The position numbers were made by a program, and so were the translations under genes. Below the pieces are notes generated by a model that was not told the origin of the DNA, did not search any database, and saw nothing but the letters and a program-made list of their open reading frames with translations. From the NCBI GenBank assembly GCA_964418255.1, contig CAYQKV010000004.1, forward strand, positions 95,944-159,943: a stretch of DNA of 64,000 nucleotides, written 5' to 3'. The stretch comes from an uncultured Christensenella sp. Lineage in GTDB: Bacteria; Bacillota; Clostridia; Christensenellales; DTU072. Every line of letters starts with the position of its first letter. Positions within the stretch are counted from its first letter, which is position 1. Below are positions 42,393 to 52,541 of the stretch, piece by piece.

Positions 42393-42850
42393 TCTACTCG
42401 CCTATTAACTCTCGCAATCGCGCTGTCTATGCTTTTTTTCGCTTCGTCGATTACCGAATTAAAGCGCGCGTCCGCGTCGTCCACGGTTTTTTTGATGTCA
42501 GACAGCATTACCGAAAGATTTTCCGCAAGGTCGCGTTCCATTTTACTGCGTTTCACCAACGCCTGTTGAATTATGCGGTCGGCTTTTGCTCTCGCTTCTC
42601 TCGTTGCGATGTCTTCGTCGATTAGTTTTGCTTTGCTCTGTTCGGCAAATTCGATGATTTCCTGCGCTTTCTGCGTTGCCTGAGCGATTTTATCCTCTCC
42701 CGTCGCGATTGCAAGCGCGGCTCTTATCCTGTCTATCAATTTAAGAATTGCCGTTCCGTTGACGATAACTCCGCCGCCGATAAGCGGTTTTTTCCCGTCG
42801 TTAATTTCCGTTTCTATATAACTTAATAATAAACTGACGTCTTCTTCCAT
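42389..42850 (-). CDS. Hypothetical coiled-coil protein (153 aa)
   Basis: The ORF is well formed and sits 12 nt downstream of rsmD/coaD. The C-terminal two thirds are rich in heptad-like A/E/K/R/I residues. I recognise no confident family. Confidence 0.55.
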   Translation of the reverse strand: MEEDVSLLLSYIETEINDGKKPLIGGGVIVNGTAILKLIDRIRAALAIATGEDKIAQATQKAQEIIEFAEQSKAKLIDEDIATREARAKADRIIQQALVKRSKMERDLAENLSVMLSDIKKTVDDADARFNSVIDEAKKSIDSAIARVNRRVE

Positions 42851-42862
42851 ATTAAATCCTCC

Positions 42863-43861
42863 CTAACGTTTTCTCATCAGTCCAACAACGTCCTGCGCCA
42901 CGTATTCCGCAACGCTTTCACCTTTGTCGAACGCTTCTTTTGCTTTGGAAGAACTGATTTCGTTCTCCGCTTTTACAATAATCGTTTCCGCTCCGCATTT
43001 ATTCAGGTTATACTCCGCCATTTCTTTTTCGTACGCTTCGTCCGTTTCGTTGCGGTAACCTCTATATATGCGTTTTATCCCGTTTTCTATGCAATAATCC
43101 GCCGCCGTGCCGCCGTAAAACTCTATTCTTACTCTTTTCTTGTATTCGGCAAGGCTTACCGCCGCCATTCTCAGACGGTTTTCCACCGAATACCGCGCGG
43201 TTTTATTCTCGTTTACCATCATTACGACGTAGCAAAAGTCGTTTTCTTCGAGCGCCTTTTCCACCACATACTTATGCCCGAGCGTGAACGGGTCGAAAGT
43301 GCCTGTTACCGCGCATTTTTTCACGTTTTTGTAAATATCTACGCTTGTTTCTCCGTACGTTTTCGCGGAAACGTATGCAAAACATTCTCTTTGCGGCGGG
43401 TCGACGGACTTTCTCTCGACGACGACGGTTCCGCCCTCGTTAAGAAGTCCGGCTTCTTCTATCGCTTTCAACGCCTTGTCGGGAATTCCTTTCCCGTACG
43501 GCGGGTCGCACAGCACAATATCCGCTTTCACGCCGCGCGAGACCATTCGTCTTATACAGTCGTTAAAATCGCCTTTCAGTATTTCGAACGTGCCGTTTTC
43601 CACAAAACTCACGTTCTTTTTTATAAGGTCAATCGAAGCCGCCGCGCCGTCGCAAAAATAAACTTTTTTCGCGCCGCGACTTAACGCTTCTATTCCGAGC
43701 CCGCCCGTCCCGGCGAACAAATCTACAACGACCGCGCCGCTTATCACGGTTTGAAGGGCGGCAAAAACTGCTTCCTTAACTTTATCCGTCGTCGGTCGCA
43801 CGTTGTCGTTTATCGGGGGAAGAATTCTTCTTCCTTTATATTTACCGCTGATGACCCTCAT
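42863..43861 (-). CDS. rsmD/coaD: Fusion protein: 16S rRNA m2G966 methyltransferase RsmD plus pantetheine-phosphate adenylyltransferase CoaD
   Basis: The N-terminal ~185 aa carry RsmD motifs (GKYKGRRI, DLFAGTGGLGIEALSRGA, CDPPY). The C-terminal ~150 aa carry the CoaD nucleotidyltransferase motif (AVTGTFDPFTLGH). Confidence 0.85.
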   Translation of the reverse strand: MRVISGKYKGRRILPPINDNVRPTTDKVKEAVFAALQTVISGAVVVDLFAGTGGLGIEALSRGAKKVYFCDGAAASIDLIKKNVSFVENGTFEILKGDFNDCIRRMVSRGVKADIVLCDPPYGKGIPDKALKAIEEAGLLNEGGTVVVERKSVDPPQRECFAYVSAKTYGETSVDIYKNVKKCAVTGTFDPFTLGHKYVVEKALEENDFCYVVMMVNENKTARYSVENRLRMAAVSLAEYKKRVRIEFYGGTAADYCIENGIKRIYRGYRNETDEAYEKEMAEYNLNKCGAETIIVKAENEISSSKAKEAFDKGESVAEYVAQDVVGLMRKR

Positions 43862-46077
43862 TTATTTTCCGTTCTATTCCTGTTAATCAGGCACCCCGCT
43901 TCGATAATTTTTCTCTCTTCCGCGGTTACGTCGTCCATTTTCAGAACGATTTTCTTCGCGGCCCCGTTTCTCACTACGGTTGCCTCGACTTTTTTCTCGT
44001 CGAAAATTCTGTCCACGTCCTTAACCGCCACCAAATCTCCGTTTTCGAACTTGTAATCTCCGTCGTAAATAAACGGCAACATTCCCCAGTTTATAAGGTT
44101 GCTGCGGTAACGTTTCGTCGCGTATTCTTTTGCGATATTCGCCACGCCGCCGAGAACTCTCTGGCAACTTGCCGCCTGTTCTCTCGCGCTTCCGTCTCCG
44201 GGTTTAACCGCGTAAACGACGCTTCCTATCTCGATTTCTCCTTCCAGTCCCGCTAAGCGAGCCGCCTCTTCGTATTCCGAGGTGGGATTTACGCTTTCTT
44301 TCTGTATTTGCTTTGCCTGCCCGACGTAATCGGGGCGTTTCCTGCTGAGCGTGAATTCGGCAAGGCGCAACGGATTGCTTCGATAACTGCTGGTTTCTCC
44401 CGACGGAATGAGTTCGTCGGTAGTGGTAACGGGGTCTTCGATAACCGCCGCCACTTTCATAATGAGATTACGTCCGAGCGCGGGCATTTCCGGCCAGTCC
44501 GCGATATTCGGTCCGTAGCAAAGCGGGTAGTTTTCGTCTCCCTTACCAAAGCAATCGGTTACCCGTTTTTCGTAAACGCTCCCATCGTAAACGTACGGTT
44601 TGATTTTTCTTTCGTAGTCTATTTCCGTCGCGGCGGTAAGGAACCCGCCGTTCGCCGCGGTAGCCGCTATGCTTCTCGCGTCCATAAGCGCAACGCAGGC
44701 AAGCTGTCCTTCGCCGGGTTTACTTCCCTCTCTCGATTCGAAGTTTCTCGTCGTATGTCTTATGGACAGACCGTTGTTTGCAGGAACGTCGCCCGCGCCG
44801 AAGCACGGACCGCAGAATGCGGTTTTGACGTTTACGCCCGCCTGAATGAACTCCGTTATCACGCCTTTTTTCGCAAGGAAGGAGTACAGCGGCTGACTTC
44901 CCGGGTAAATGCTCATAGAAATACGACCGTCCACGCCGCCGTTTTGGGTGAGAATTTCCGCGGCCTCAACGAGGTTGTCGTAAGTTCCGCCCGCGCAACC
45001 CGCGATTATCGCCTGGTCTACGCGAATTTTTCCGTCGATGATTTTATCGGTGAGTTTAAGCTCGCCTTTTTTGAGAAGTTTGTTTCCCGCCGCTTCCACT
45101 TTGGAAAGTATTTCGTAAGGACGTTCTTTCAGTTCTCTTATCGTATAGGCATTGGACGGATGGAAAGGCAACGCAATCATAGGTTCAACCTCGGACAGGT
45201 TTACCGTAACGAGTCCGTCGTAACAACACTCTTTCTTCCTTTCCAGCTTGCGATAGTCGCCCTCTCTTTTATGTACGCGAAGATACTCTTCGGTTTTTTC
45301 GTCTGTTTCCCATACCGAACTGAGGCAGGTCGTCTCTGTCGTCATAACGTCTATTCCGTTGCGGAATTCCACGGACAGATTTTTTATTCCCGAACCGAAA
45401 AATTCCATAACCTTGTTTTTCACGAACCCGCAAGCGAAAGTTTCTTTGATAATGGCAAGCGCGACGTCCTGCGGTCCGACGCCTTTTTTCGGTTTGCCTT
45501 TAAGTTCCACCCCGATTACGTCGGGATAGTTTATGTCGTAAGTTTTACAGAGAAGTTGTTTAACGAGTTCTCCTCCGCCCTCGCCGATTGCCATAGTTCC
45601 GAGCGCGCCGTAACGCGTATGAGAATCGCTGCCCAGAATCATCTTGCCGCAACCCGCCATACGTTCCCTCATATAGCTGTGGATTACGCCCTGGTGCGCG
45701 GGCACGTATATTCCGCCGTATTTTTTCGCCGCGGAGTATCCGAAGTTGTGGTCGTCTTCGTTAATCGTGCCGCCCACCGCGCAAAGGCTGTTGTGGCAGT
45801 TTGTAAGAACGTACGGTATGGGGAATTTTTTCAGTCCGCTCGCTTTCGCAGTCTGTATGATGCCGACGTAGGTTATGTCGTGGCTTGCCATACAGTCGAA
45901 ACTTATCATAAGTTTGCCGCCCTTTACCGTGGGTTTATTCTTATTGTGCGCGTCGAGAATTCCGTACGCTATCGTACCTTTGTACCATTCCGCGCCCCCT
46001 CTCGAAAGAGCTTCTTTTTCCGCAATGCGTTTTCCGTCCGCATAATAAACTTTTTTTGCGATTTTTTTGATTACCAT
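43858..46077 (-). CDS. Aconitase-family Fe-S hydratase (739 aa)
   Basis: Cluster-ligand motifs GSDSHT and CGPCFG are present. The C-terminal swivel-domain motif reads GDGSAREQAA. It overlaps rsmD/coaD by 4 nt. Confidence 0.8.
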   Translation of the reverse strand: MVIKKIAKKVYYADGKRIAEKEALSRGGAEWYKGTIAYGILDAHNKNKPTVKGGKLMISFDCMASHDITYVGIIQTAKASGLKKFPIPYVLTNCHNSLCAVGGTINEDDHNFGYSAAKKYGGIYVPAHQGVIHSYMRERMAGCGKMILGSDSHTRYGALGTMAIGEGGGELVKQLLCKTYDINYPDVIGVELKGKPKKGVGPQDVALAIIKETFACGFVKNKVMEFFGSGIKNLSVEFRNGIDVMTTETTCLSSVWETDEKTEEYLRVHKREGDYRKLERKKECCYDGLVTVNLSEVEPMIALPFHPSNAYTIRELKERPYEILSKVEAAGNKLLKKGELKLTDKIIDGKIRVDQAIIAGCAGGTYDNLVEAAEILTQNGGVDGRISMSIYPGSQPLYSFLAKKGVITEFIQAGVNVKTAFCGPCFGAGDVPANNGLSIRHTTRNFESREGSKPGEGQLACVALMDARSIAATAANGGFLTAATEIDYERKIKPYVYDGSVYEKRVTDCFGKGDENYPLCYGPNIADWPEMPALGRNLIMKVAAVIEDPVTTTDELIPSGETSSYRSNPLRLAEFTLSRKRPDYVGQAKQIQKESVNPTSEYEEAARLAGLEGEIEIGSVVYAVKPGDGSAREQAASCQRVLGGVANIAKEYATKRYRSNLINWGMLPFIYDGDYKFENGDLVAVKDVDRIFDEKKVEATVVRNGAAKKIVLKMDDVTAEERKIIEAGCLINRNRTENK

Positions 46078-46273
46078 AATATCTTTCTCCGCTTTAATTT
46101 ATAATTATTATTTTATTTTACCATACGCGCGTTATATTTTGCAAGCATTTTCCATTTTTACGAATTTTACAAAACAAATTGCAAGGTGTGTCATAAACGA
46201 AACCGTAAAACGTTTACAAAACGTGGATTCCATCTTATACTTCAAGCGTAAACAAAAAAACGGAGGACGAAAA

Positions 46274-46492
46274 ATGACAACTGTCGCAATCGGAATAAAC
46301 AAGGAAAACGTAAGGACTCTCGCGCCGTTTATAAGCGGCGGAGTAAAAAACATAACGGGCTTTTTCGAAAACTCGAAATTCTGGAAAGTCACTTCGGTTT
46401 CGGAAAACGTACAAAACGAGTTCTTTTTCGACAAAAGAGATTTCCTGACTTCTGCGGATATTCTCGGAACCCTTATAAATATCGTAAGATAA
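46274..46492 (+). CDS. Hypothetical small protein (72 aa)
   Basis: GGAGGA lies 7 nt before the ATG at 46274. I recognise no family. The upstream part of the tracked ORF (from 46067) is AT-rich promoter-like sequence. Confidence 0.35.
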   Translation: MTTVAIGINKENVRTLAPFISGGVKNITGFFENSKFWKVTSVSENVQNEFFFDKRDFLTSADILGTLINIVR

Positions 46493-46494
46493 TT

Positions 46495-46893
46495 TCAGTC
46501 TTTATCGGAAACGCCGAGGTCGTTTTTTATCTGCGTGGTGGAAATATCCGGCGTTCTCGGCAAATACACGACGTCGCAAAAATCTTTGAGAAAATCGAAT
46601 TTCCCTTTCCAGTCGTCGCCCATAACGAACGTATCGATATGGTAGAGCCTGACGTCCTCGATTTTCTGTTCCCAGCACGTTTCGGGAATAACCAGGTCGA
46701 CGTATCTGAGCGCTTCGAGCATCTGTTTTCTTTCTTCATAGGAAAAATAGCAAATCTTGTTCTTCTGCGCGTTGAATTCGTCGGTGGAAAGTCCAACTAC
46801 GAGGTAATCCCCGTATTCTTTCGCGCGTTTAAGCAAGTTTATATGCCCGTAATGCAATAAATCGAACGTCCCGTAGGTAATCACTCTTTTCAT
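46495..46893 (-). CDS. tagD: Glycerol-3-phosphate cytidylyltransferase
   Basis: The sequence MKRVITYGTFDLLHYGHINLLKRAKEYGDYLVVGLSTDEFN is the classic TagD/TarD N-terminus. Confidence 0.9.
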   Translation of the reverse strand: MKRVITYGTFDLLHYGHINLLKRAKEYGDYLVVGLSTDEFNAQKNKICYFSYEERKQMLEALRYVDLVIPETCWEQKIEDVRLYHIDTFVMGDDWKGKFDFLKDFCDVVYLPRTPDISTTQIKNDLGVSDKD

Positions 46894-49880
46894 TTATTTT
46901 CTCCTTTTTCATCGCCGAAACGGATACTCGCTATTAAAGAAGCTGTCTTTTCGGCGGCTTTGCCGTCCTCGTACGACCCCGCTTCTTCAAGGTGTTTTTT
47001 CATTTGTCCGACGAATTCTTTTTCGTCGAAAGAAAGAATATTTTTTACCGCTTCTTCGTTGTTTTTCGCAATCGGATAACGCCATTTTTTCACGGGATAA
47101 GCGAAACTTCTCTCGTTTTCGTCATAATCGGACATATCGGGTGCGTAAACGAAAATCGGTTTTCCCGTAAATATCATATCCCACATTGCCGAGGAATAAT
47201 CGCTTATCATCGCGTCGGAAGCGGCGATTATTTCCTGCATATCGGGATATTCGGTAACGTCGGTTACCTCCGCGCCTATATCCGCTTTTCCTTCGACGAA
47301 CCCGTGTCCGCGGTAGAATATCGTCCATTCCCCGCCGAACCGTTTTCCCAGCGCGCCTTTAACCGCGGCAAAATCCAACCCGTGCGCGTCGGAAACGAAC
47401 CCGTTGCGGAATGTCGGCGCGTAAACGAGTATCTTTTTCCCGTTTATCCCGTAAAAACTCCTTACTTTTTCCGCCGCGGCTTTTTTCTTTTTTTCGTCGA
47501 ACAGCAGAGAATTTCGCGGAAGTCCCCATTTCAGGAACACACCCTGCGAAAATCTGAACGAAGACGCGGTATCTCTCGTAAAAAACTCGCAACCCGAAAT
47601 AAAGTAGTCGGGCTGTCTGTTTCTGAGCGCAAACTTTTTCATCGCGGGTTTTGATTTATTCTGCAAATAATCGTACCCTATGTGTTTATAATTTATCGCA
47701 CCGTGCCAGGTGTTTATATAGACCTGCTTTTTCCTTTTGGGAAGATAAGAAGGTATGCTGTCGTTGTAAACCACGGTTTTCGCGCCGAGCTGGGAAAACA
47801 CGTACCCGAGCGTGTTCATTTTCACGACTTTTATTCCCCGTTCCCTTATTTCGTCGCAAGTTTCGGGATAATCGCTCACCCAGGTCATACGGAAATCGTC
47901 GCCGAATTTTTCTCTGAGTTCGAGCGCGACGTATTTCGTGTTGCACGCGAAGCCTTTTCTCTTTGTCGTAACGAAAATAACTTTGTCTTCTCTAAGCGGA
48001 ATAAACGCGGAAAGCAAACGGAACACCCCTCTTGCAACTTTGTGAACAAAGAGTTTTATTTCCGCAATCGCAACTTGCGCCGCCGATATTTTTTCTCCCG
48101 CTCTTTCGATTTTCTTTTCCGCGACGTATTCGGCGTCAGGTATCTCCAAATATCTTTCCCAGAATCCTAAACTCGTCAATTCGGTAAAGTTCTTACGGTA
48201 ATCGTTTTTCGCTCTTTCGAAGTTTTTATTTATGTTCTTCACCGTCGCAAGGCATTGCTTTACACAAGCGAAAGCTCTTTTAAGATTTCTTTCCGTAACG
48301 AACCCGTCTTTTCCCGACGGATTTACGTTAAGCGCACTTTTCGCGCCGAAAAACGCTTTCCAGTTGGGTCTCGCGGCGGGGACGGTAACCTGTCTCCCCC
48401 ACGGAAAACATCCGTTGAACGTAAATAAGGCGACGGCTTTTTTCACCTTGCCCATACGGCAGGATTTTGTGTATTTCCCGATATAATTTTTGCCGACTTC
48501 TATTTTTTCAATCTTCGGATTATATTTCATAATTTCCGAATTGAGCGCGGTCGGGTCGGCGGTTTTCAGAAACTCCGTTCCTTTCAGAAAGTCGTTTATC
48601 CCTCTCGTCGCGCTTTCCGCCTCGTTGTATCTGAACGTAAGAATTCCCCGCACCGTCTCTTTTATTGCGCGCTTTTTTAGCGTTTTCGCGTTAAAATCGG
48701 CTTTATGCACCGCTTCCATTATACATTGATTACGGTTATAGTAATATTCGAGAAACGCGGGTCTCTTCCCTTCGAAGGGTTCGTGCCACACGAAAATTCC
48801 GTTAAGCGTAATAAAGTTTTTACCGCACCTTAACCCGTATTCGATATCGTCGCGTTTGATAAAAATCGGAAGAGGCAGGTTGCTTTCCGAGGGCACGGAT
48901 GCGGGGAGAGCACAAAACCACCAGGAGAGGTAGTTTATTTTCTCTTCATTTTCGTTCCTCGCGAGGTTATCCGAATCCGACAAATCGAGCTTTGCGCCTA
49001 TGGGCACGACTTTTCCGCGTTCGTAGTCCCACCTGTCCGCGCGTTCGTTCTGAATATATTTTTCGTCCGTTCTCAGCATCGCGCCGCCGATAAACGCGTC
49101 CTTGTACTCGTCCTTAATGTAGGAAAGCAACGTAAACGTCCGATAAAAACTTTCGCTTTCAAACCTTACGTCGTCGTCGGTAAGCACGATATGCGTTATT
49201 CTCTCTTCTTCCCTGACTTTCACCGTCTCGATAATTCCGCGGGTAAATCCGCCCGCGCCGCCCGCGTTTTTATTGTGAATTACCGTAACGTCCCCTTTTC
49301 TTTCGGGGATAGTTGCGCCGTTATCTACTACGAGGACTTTGAGTTTTCCGCGTAAAATCGATTTTTCGTTGTCGAAAATATCCCTTTGAAGAGTTTTCAT
49401 ATTTTCTTCGACGAATTTTTCCCTTTTGTAAGTGCACACGACCACGCGCATATTTACGTCGCGTTTCGGTTTTTCGTCCGTAGAAAAATCCGCGCTTAAA
49501 AACGCGCCTTGCGAGTTTGCTCTAATCGTAAAATAATAAATTCCCTCGCCGAGGGCGGGCAGGGAAATTTCCGTTTTTTCAACGAAATTCACTTCGGTAA
49601 ACAACTTTTCGTAAACCGTGCCGTTTTCCTCTCTCGAATGAAAAACTCTTACGGTGAATTCGCCTTCCGCACGCAAAGTGAGCTTAACGCCGTCTATCCC
49701 GGCGTATTTTGTCCATTTCCCTATGGAAAAAGAAGAAGCGTAGGTATCGAAGCGGCACTCCGCGCCTACCTTAAATTCGATTTTTCCGTCGCTGAATTTT
49801 GCCCCGTCTCCGCAACGGAAATAGAGTTCGGTCGCGTCGGAAGCGAACTCGCACGGAAAAATTACATTTTGTAAAATCAT
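46890..49880 (-). CDS. Bifunctional teichoic-acid-type enzyme: GT2 glycosyltransferase plus CDP-glycerol glycerophosphotransferase (TagF/TagB-like)
   Basis: The GT2 core reads VVVCTYKRE...VVDNGA...LTDDD. The C-terminal TagF-like region reads ILVYAPTFRNG...ISDYSSAMWD. It overlaps tagD by 4 nt. Confidence 0.75.
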   Translation of the reverse strand: MILQNVIFPCEFASDATELYFRCGDGAKFSDGKIEFKVGAECRFDTYASSFSIGKWTKYAGIDGVKLTLRAEGEFTVRVFHSREENGTVYEKLFTEVNFVEKTEISLPALGEGIYYFTIRANSQGAFLSADFSTDEKPKRDVNMRVVVCTYKREKFVEENMKTLQRDIFDNEKSILRGKLKVLVVDNGATIPERKGDVTVIHNKNAGGAGGFTRGIIETVKVREEERITHIVLTDDDVRFESESFYRTFTLLSYIKDEYKDAFIGGAMLRTDEKYIQNERADRWDYERGKVVPIGAKLDLSDSDNLARNENEEKINYLSWWFCALPASVPSESNLPLPIFIKRDDIEYGLRCGKNFITLNGIFVWHEPFEGKRPAFLEYYYNRNQCIMEAVHKADFNAKTLKKRAIKETVRGILTFRYNEAESATRGINDFLKGTEFLKTADPTALNSEIMKYNPKIEKIEVGKNYIGKYTKSCRMGKVKKAVALFTFNGCFPWGRQVTVPAARPNWKAFFGAKSALNVNPSGKDGFVTERNLKRAFACVKQCLATVKNINKNFERAKNDYRKNFTELTSLGFWERYLEIPDAEYVAEKKIERAGEKISAAQVAIAEIKLFVHKVARGVFRLLSAFIPLREDKVIFVTTKRKGFACNTKYVALELREKFGDDFRMTWVSDYPETCDEIRERGIKVVKMNTLGYVFSQLGAKTVVYNDSIPSYLPKRKKQVYINTWHGAINYKHIGYDYLQNKSKPAMKKFALRNRQPDYFISGCEFFTRDTASSFRFSQGVFLKWGLPRNSLLFDEKKKKAAAEKVRSFYGINGKKILVYAPTFRNGFVSDAHGLDFAAVKGALGKRFGGEWTIFYRGHGFVEGKADIGAEVTDVTEYPDMQEIIAASDAMISDYSSAMWDMIFTGKPIFVYAPDMSDYDENERSFAYPVKKWRYPIAKNNEEAVKNILSFDEKEFVGQMKKHLEEAGSYEDGKAAEKTASLIASIRFGDEKGENK

Positions 49881-50044
49881 TTACCCTCCGTAATTTATTT
49901 ATTATACATTATTCACTTTATTATGTCAACGCGCGAAAGCAGCGGGAAGTTCGGTATTGATTTTTCCCGCGGGTTATGTTAGACTAAAAGACGAAGATAT
50001 AAAACTTCATATCCGACAATATAATTCCTTTAATAGGGGCGATA

Positions 50045-51025
50045 ATGCTTAACACTTACAATCCCGTTTTTAACCGCGCTTACGACGATATTATCCGTAA
50101 ACTCGACCTTTGCGGCGTAATTCCGCTTATCAAAATCGAAGACGTAAAGAACGCTCTGCCTCTTGCGGGCGCGCTTCTCGGCGCGGATTTAACCGTCGCG
50201 GAAATCACTTTCCGTTCCGCTTGCGCTCCCGAAGTTATCCGCGTTCTCACCTCGCGTTTTCCCGACCTCATAGTGGGCGCGGGCACGGTGATTAACCTTA
50301 AACAGGTTCAGGAAGCCTACAACGCGGGCGCGAAATACATCGTGACCCCTGCGTTTAACCCCGCGGTCGTCGACAGGTGTATAGAACTCGGCGTTCCCGT
50401 CTTCCCCGGTTGCAGTACGGCTACCGACATAGACCAGGCGTATTCACGCGGACTCCGCGTGGTAAAATTTTTTCCCGCCGAACTTCTCGGCGGCATAGAA
50501 ATGATGAAGGCTCTGAGCGGTCCTTACCCGTTTATGAAATTCATTCCTACCGGCGGCATAAATCTTTCAAATCTGACAAATTATCTCTCGTTCGGCAAAG
50601 TTCTTTGCTGCGCGGGGACGTTTATTGCCGAAGAACAAAATCTTGCCGCAGGTCGTTTTGCCGAGATTACCCGTACCGCGCACGCCGCGGTGGACGAAGT
50701 TCTCGGTCTTAAACTCGACCACGTCGCTCTCAATCTCGAAGAAGGCGCAGCGCAGGACGCGCTCAAAGGTTTTTCGCGTTTCGCAGGCAAAAACTACAAT
50801 CCCGCCGAAACTACCGTTTTCGGGGTGGAAGCTATAAAATCGGGCGGGAATTCCGCAGGCTATATAGTATACTCCTCCCCTAACCTCGAACGTTGCGTTT
50901 ATTATCTCCGCAACCGCGGTTTCTGCGTGGACGAAACCCGTTCGGTAAAGGAAAAAGGACGACTTTCGGAAATCTGCCTCATCGCCAAATTCGGAAACTT
51001 CGAAATTAAAATCATAAAGAGATAG
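50045..51025 (+). CDS. eda: KDPG/KHG aldolase with a ~110-aa C-terminal extension (possibly VOC/glyoxalase-like)
   Basis: Eda motifs are AEITFRS, VGAGTVIN and VKFFPAE...IPTGGI. The extension begins near LKLDHVALNLEE. Confidence 0.75.
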   Translation: MLNTYNPVFNRAYDDIIRKLDLCGVIPLIKIEDVKNALPLAGALLGADLTVAEITFRSACAPEVIRVLTSRFPDLIVGAGTVINLKQVQEAYNAGAKYIVTPAFNPAVVDRCIELGVPVFPGCSTATDIDQAYSRGLRVVKFFPAELLGGIEMMKALSGPYPFMKFIPTGGINLSNLTNYLSFGKVLCCAGTFIAEEQNLAAGRFAEITRTAHAAVDEVLGLKLDHVALNLEEGAAQDALKGFSRFAGKNYNPAETTVFGVEAIKSGGNSAGYIVYSSPNLERCVYYLRNRGFCVDETRSVKEKGRLSEICLIAKFGNFEIKIIKR

Positions 51026-51040
51026 TCTATGTTCCTTGTG

Positions 51041-51083
51041 AAAAAAAACGCCGTTTTGTCTTTAACAAAGCGGCGTTATTATT
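51041..51083. terminator. Bidirectional terminator between eda and citrate synthase
   Basis: 11-bp stem acgccgttttg (51048-51058) / caaagcggcgt (51066-51076). An A8 run precedes it and tattatt follows. Confidence 0.75.
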
Positions 51084-51089
51084 CGGTTT

Positions 51090-52442
51090 TTATCTATCGT
51101 CTTCTTTTATATATTCTCTCGGCTCGCGCACGCTCTTGTATGCGGGTCTTATTATCTTACAGGAATTGAGCAATTCTTCTATTCTGTGCGCGCTCCACCC
51201 CACGCTTCTCGCCACGGCGAAAATCGGCGTATACAGTTCTCTCGGAAGTCCGAGCATCTTATACGCAAGTCCGCTGTAAAAGTCGACGTTTACGCACACT
51301 CCCTTATAGATTTTCCTCTTTTCGCTTATCTTCCTTATGGCAATTTCTTCCACTTTGGCGTACAAGTCGTACTCGTCTTCCATTCCTTTCTGTTTTGCGA
51401 GCTCTTTGACGAAAAACTTGAAAGTCTCCGCTCTCGGGTCGCTCAAAGAATACACCGCGTGCCCGAGTCCGTAGACGAGACCGCTGTTGTCAAACGCTTC
51501 TTTATTGAGAAGTTTATCGACGTATTCTTCAAGTTGACTTTCGTCTTTGGTATCCTTAACGGTTGATTTCAGGTTGTCAAACATCTCGATAACCTTTATA
51601 TTCGCTCCGCCGTGTTTATGCCCTTTGAGCGAGCACAAAGCGGCTGTTAAAGCGGAATACGTATCCGTGCCCGCGCTGGTTACCACGTGGGTTGTAAACG
51701 TCGAGTTATTTCCGCCGCCGTGCTCCGCGTGCAAGATGAGCGCGACGTCGAGGACGTTCGCTTCCAAATCTGTATATTTACTGTCCGCTCTGAGCATACG
51801 CAGTATATTTTCCGCGGTGGAAAGTTTCGGGTTGGGAATATGTATGATAAGACTGCCGTGCTTATTTTTATGTTTATGCGCCTGGTACGCGTAGACCGCG
51901 AGCAGCGGCATATTGGCGATAAGCTGTATGCACTGACCGAGCACGTTGTCGAGGTCGAGTTTGTCCGCGTTTTTATCGTAACTATATAGCGTGAGTATGC
52001 TCTTTGCCATATTGTTGATTATGTCTTTATTCGGCGCTTTCAGAATTACGTCTCTGACGAAATTAGACGGCAGACTGCGGCAAAGGGACAGAAGCTGACA
52101 AAAGTCTTCGAGTTCTTTTTCCGTCGGAAGTTTATCGAACAGCAAGAGGTAGGTGGCTTCTTCGAAACCGAAATTACCTTTCTTGTTTTTGATGAGGTCG
52201 ATTACGTTATAGCCGCGATAATAGAGTTCTCCGTCGATGGGTACGAGTTTGCCGTCGACGTTTTTCTTCGCCCTTATATCGGAAATACGCGTAAGTCCGA
52301 CGACCACGCCGTTGCCGTTTGCGTCCCTGAGTCCGCGTTTTACGTCGTATTTATCGTACAAATCCGCGTCGATTTTGTTGTTTTCGCGGCATATATCCGC
52401 CAAAGCCACTATTTCGTCCATACTGTTTACATAGCGGTGCAT
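51090..52442 (-). CDS. Citrate synthase
   Basis: 450 aa with the catalytic-region motifs LILHAEHGGGNNSTF and GLGHAVY. Confidence 0.85.
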   Translation of the reverse strand: MHRYVNSMDEIVALADICRENNKIDADLYDKYDVKRGLRDANGNGVVVGLTRISDIRAKKNVDGKLVPIDGELYYRGYNVIDLIKNKKGNFGFEEATYLLLFDKLPTEKELEDFCQLLSLCRSLPSNFVRDVILKAPNKDIINNMAKSILTLYSYDKNADKLDLDNVLGQCIQLIANMPLLAVYAYQAHKHKNKHGSLIIHIPNPKLSTAENILRMLRADSKYTDLEANVLDVALILHAEHGGGNNSTFTTHVVTSAGTDTYSALTAALCSLKGHKHGGANIKVIEMFDNLKSTVKDTKDESQLEEYVDKLLNKEAFDNSGLVYGLGHAVYSLSDPRAETFKFFVKELAKQKGMEDEYDLYAKVEEIAIRKISEKRKIYKGVCVNVDFYSGLAYKMLGLPRELYTPIFAVARSVGWSAHRIEELLNSCKIIRPAYKSVREPREYIKEDDR

Positions 52443-52541
52443 AAAAAACCTCCTTCTTTAAGCGCAATCACGCCGATTTTCAAAATAATTTTGTCTTAAT
52501 TTTTCGCTTGTTCCGAATTTATCCGTCTAATTGACGCGTAT

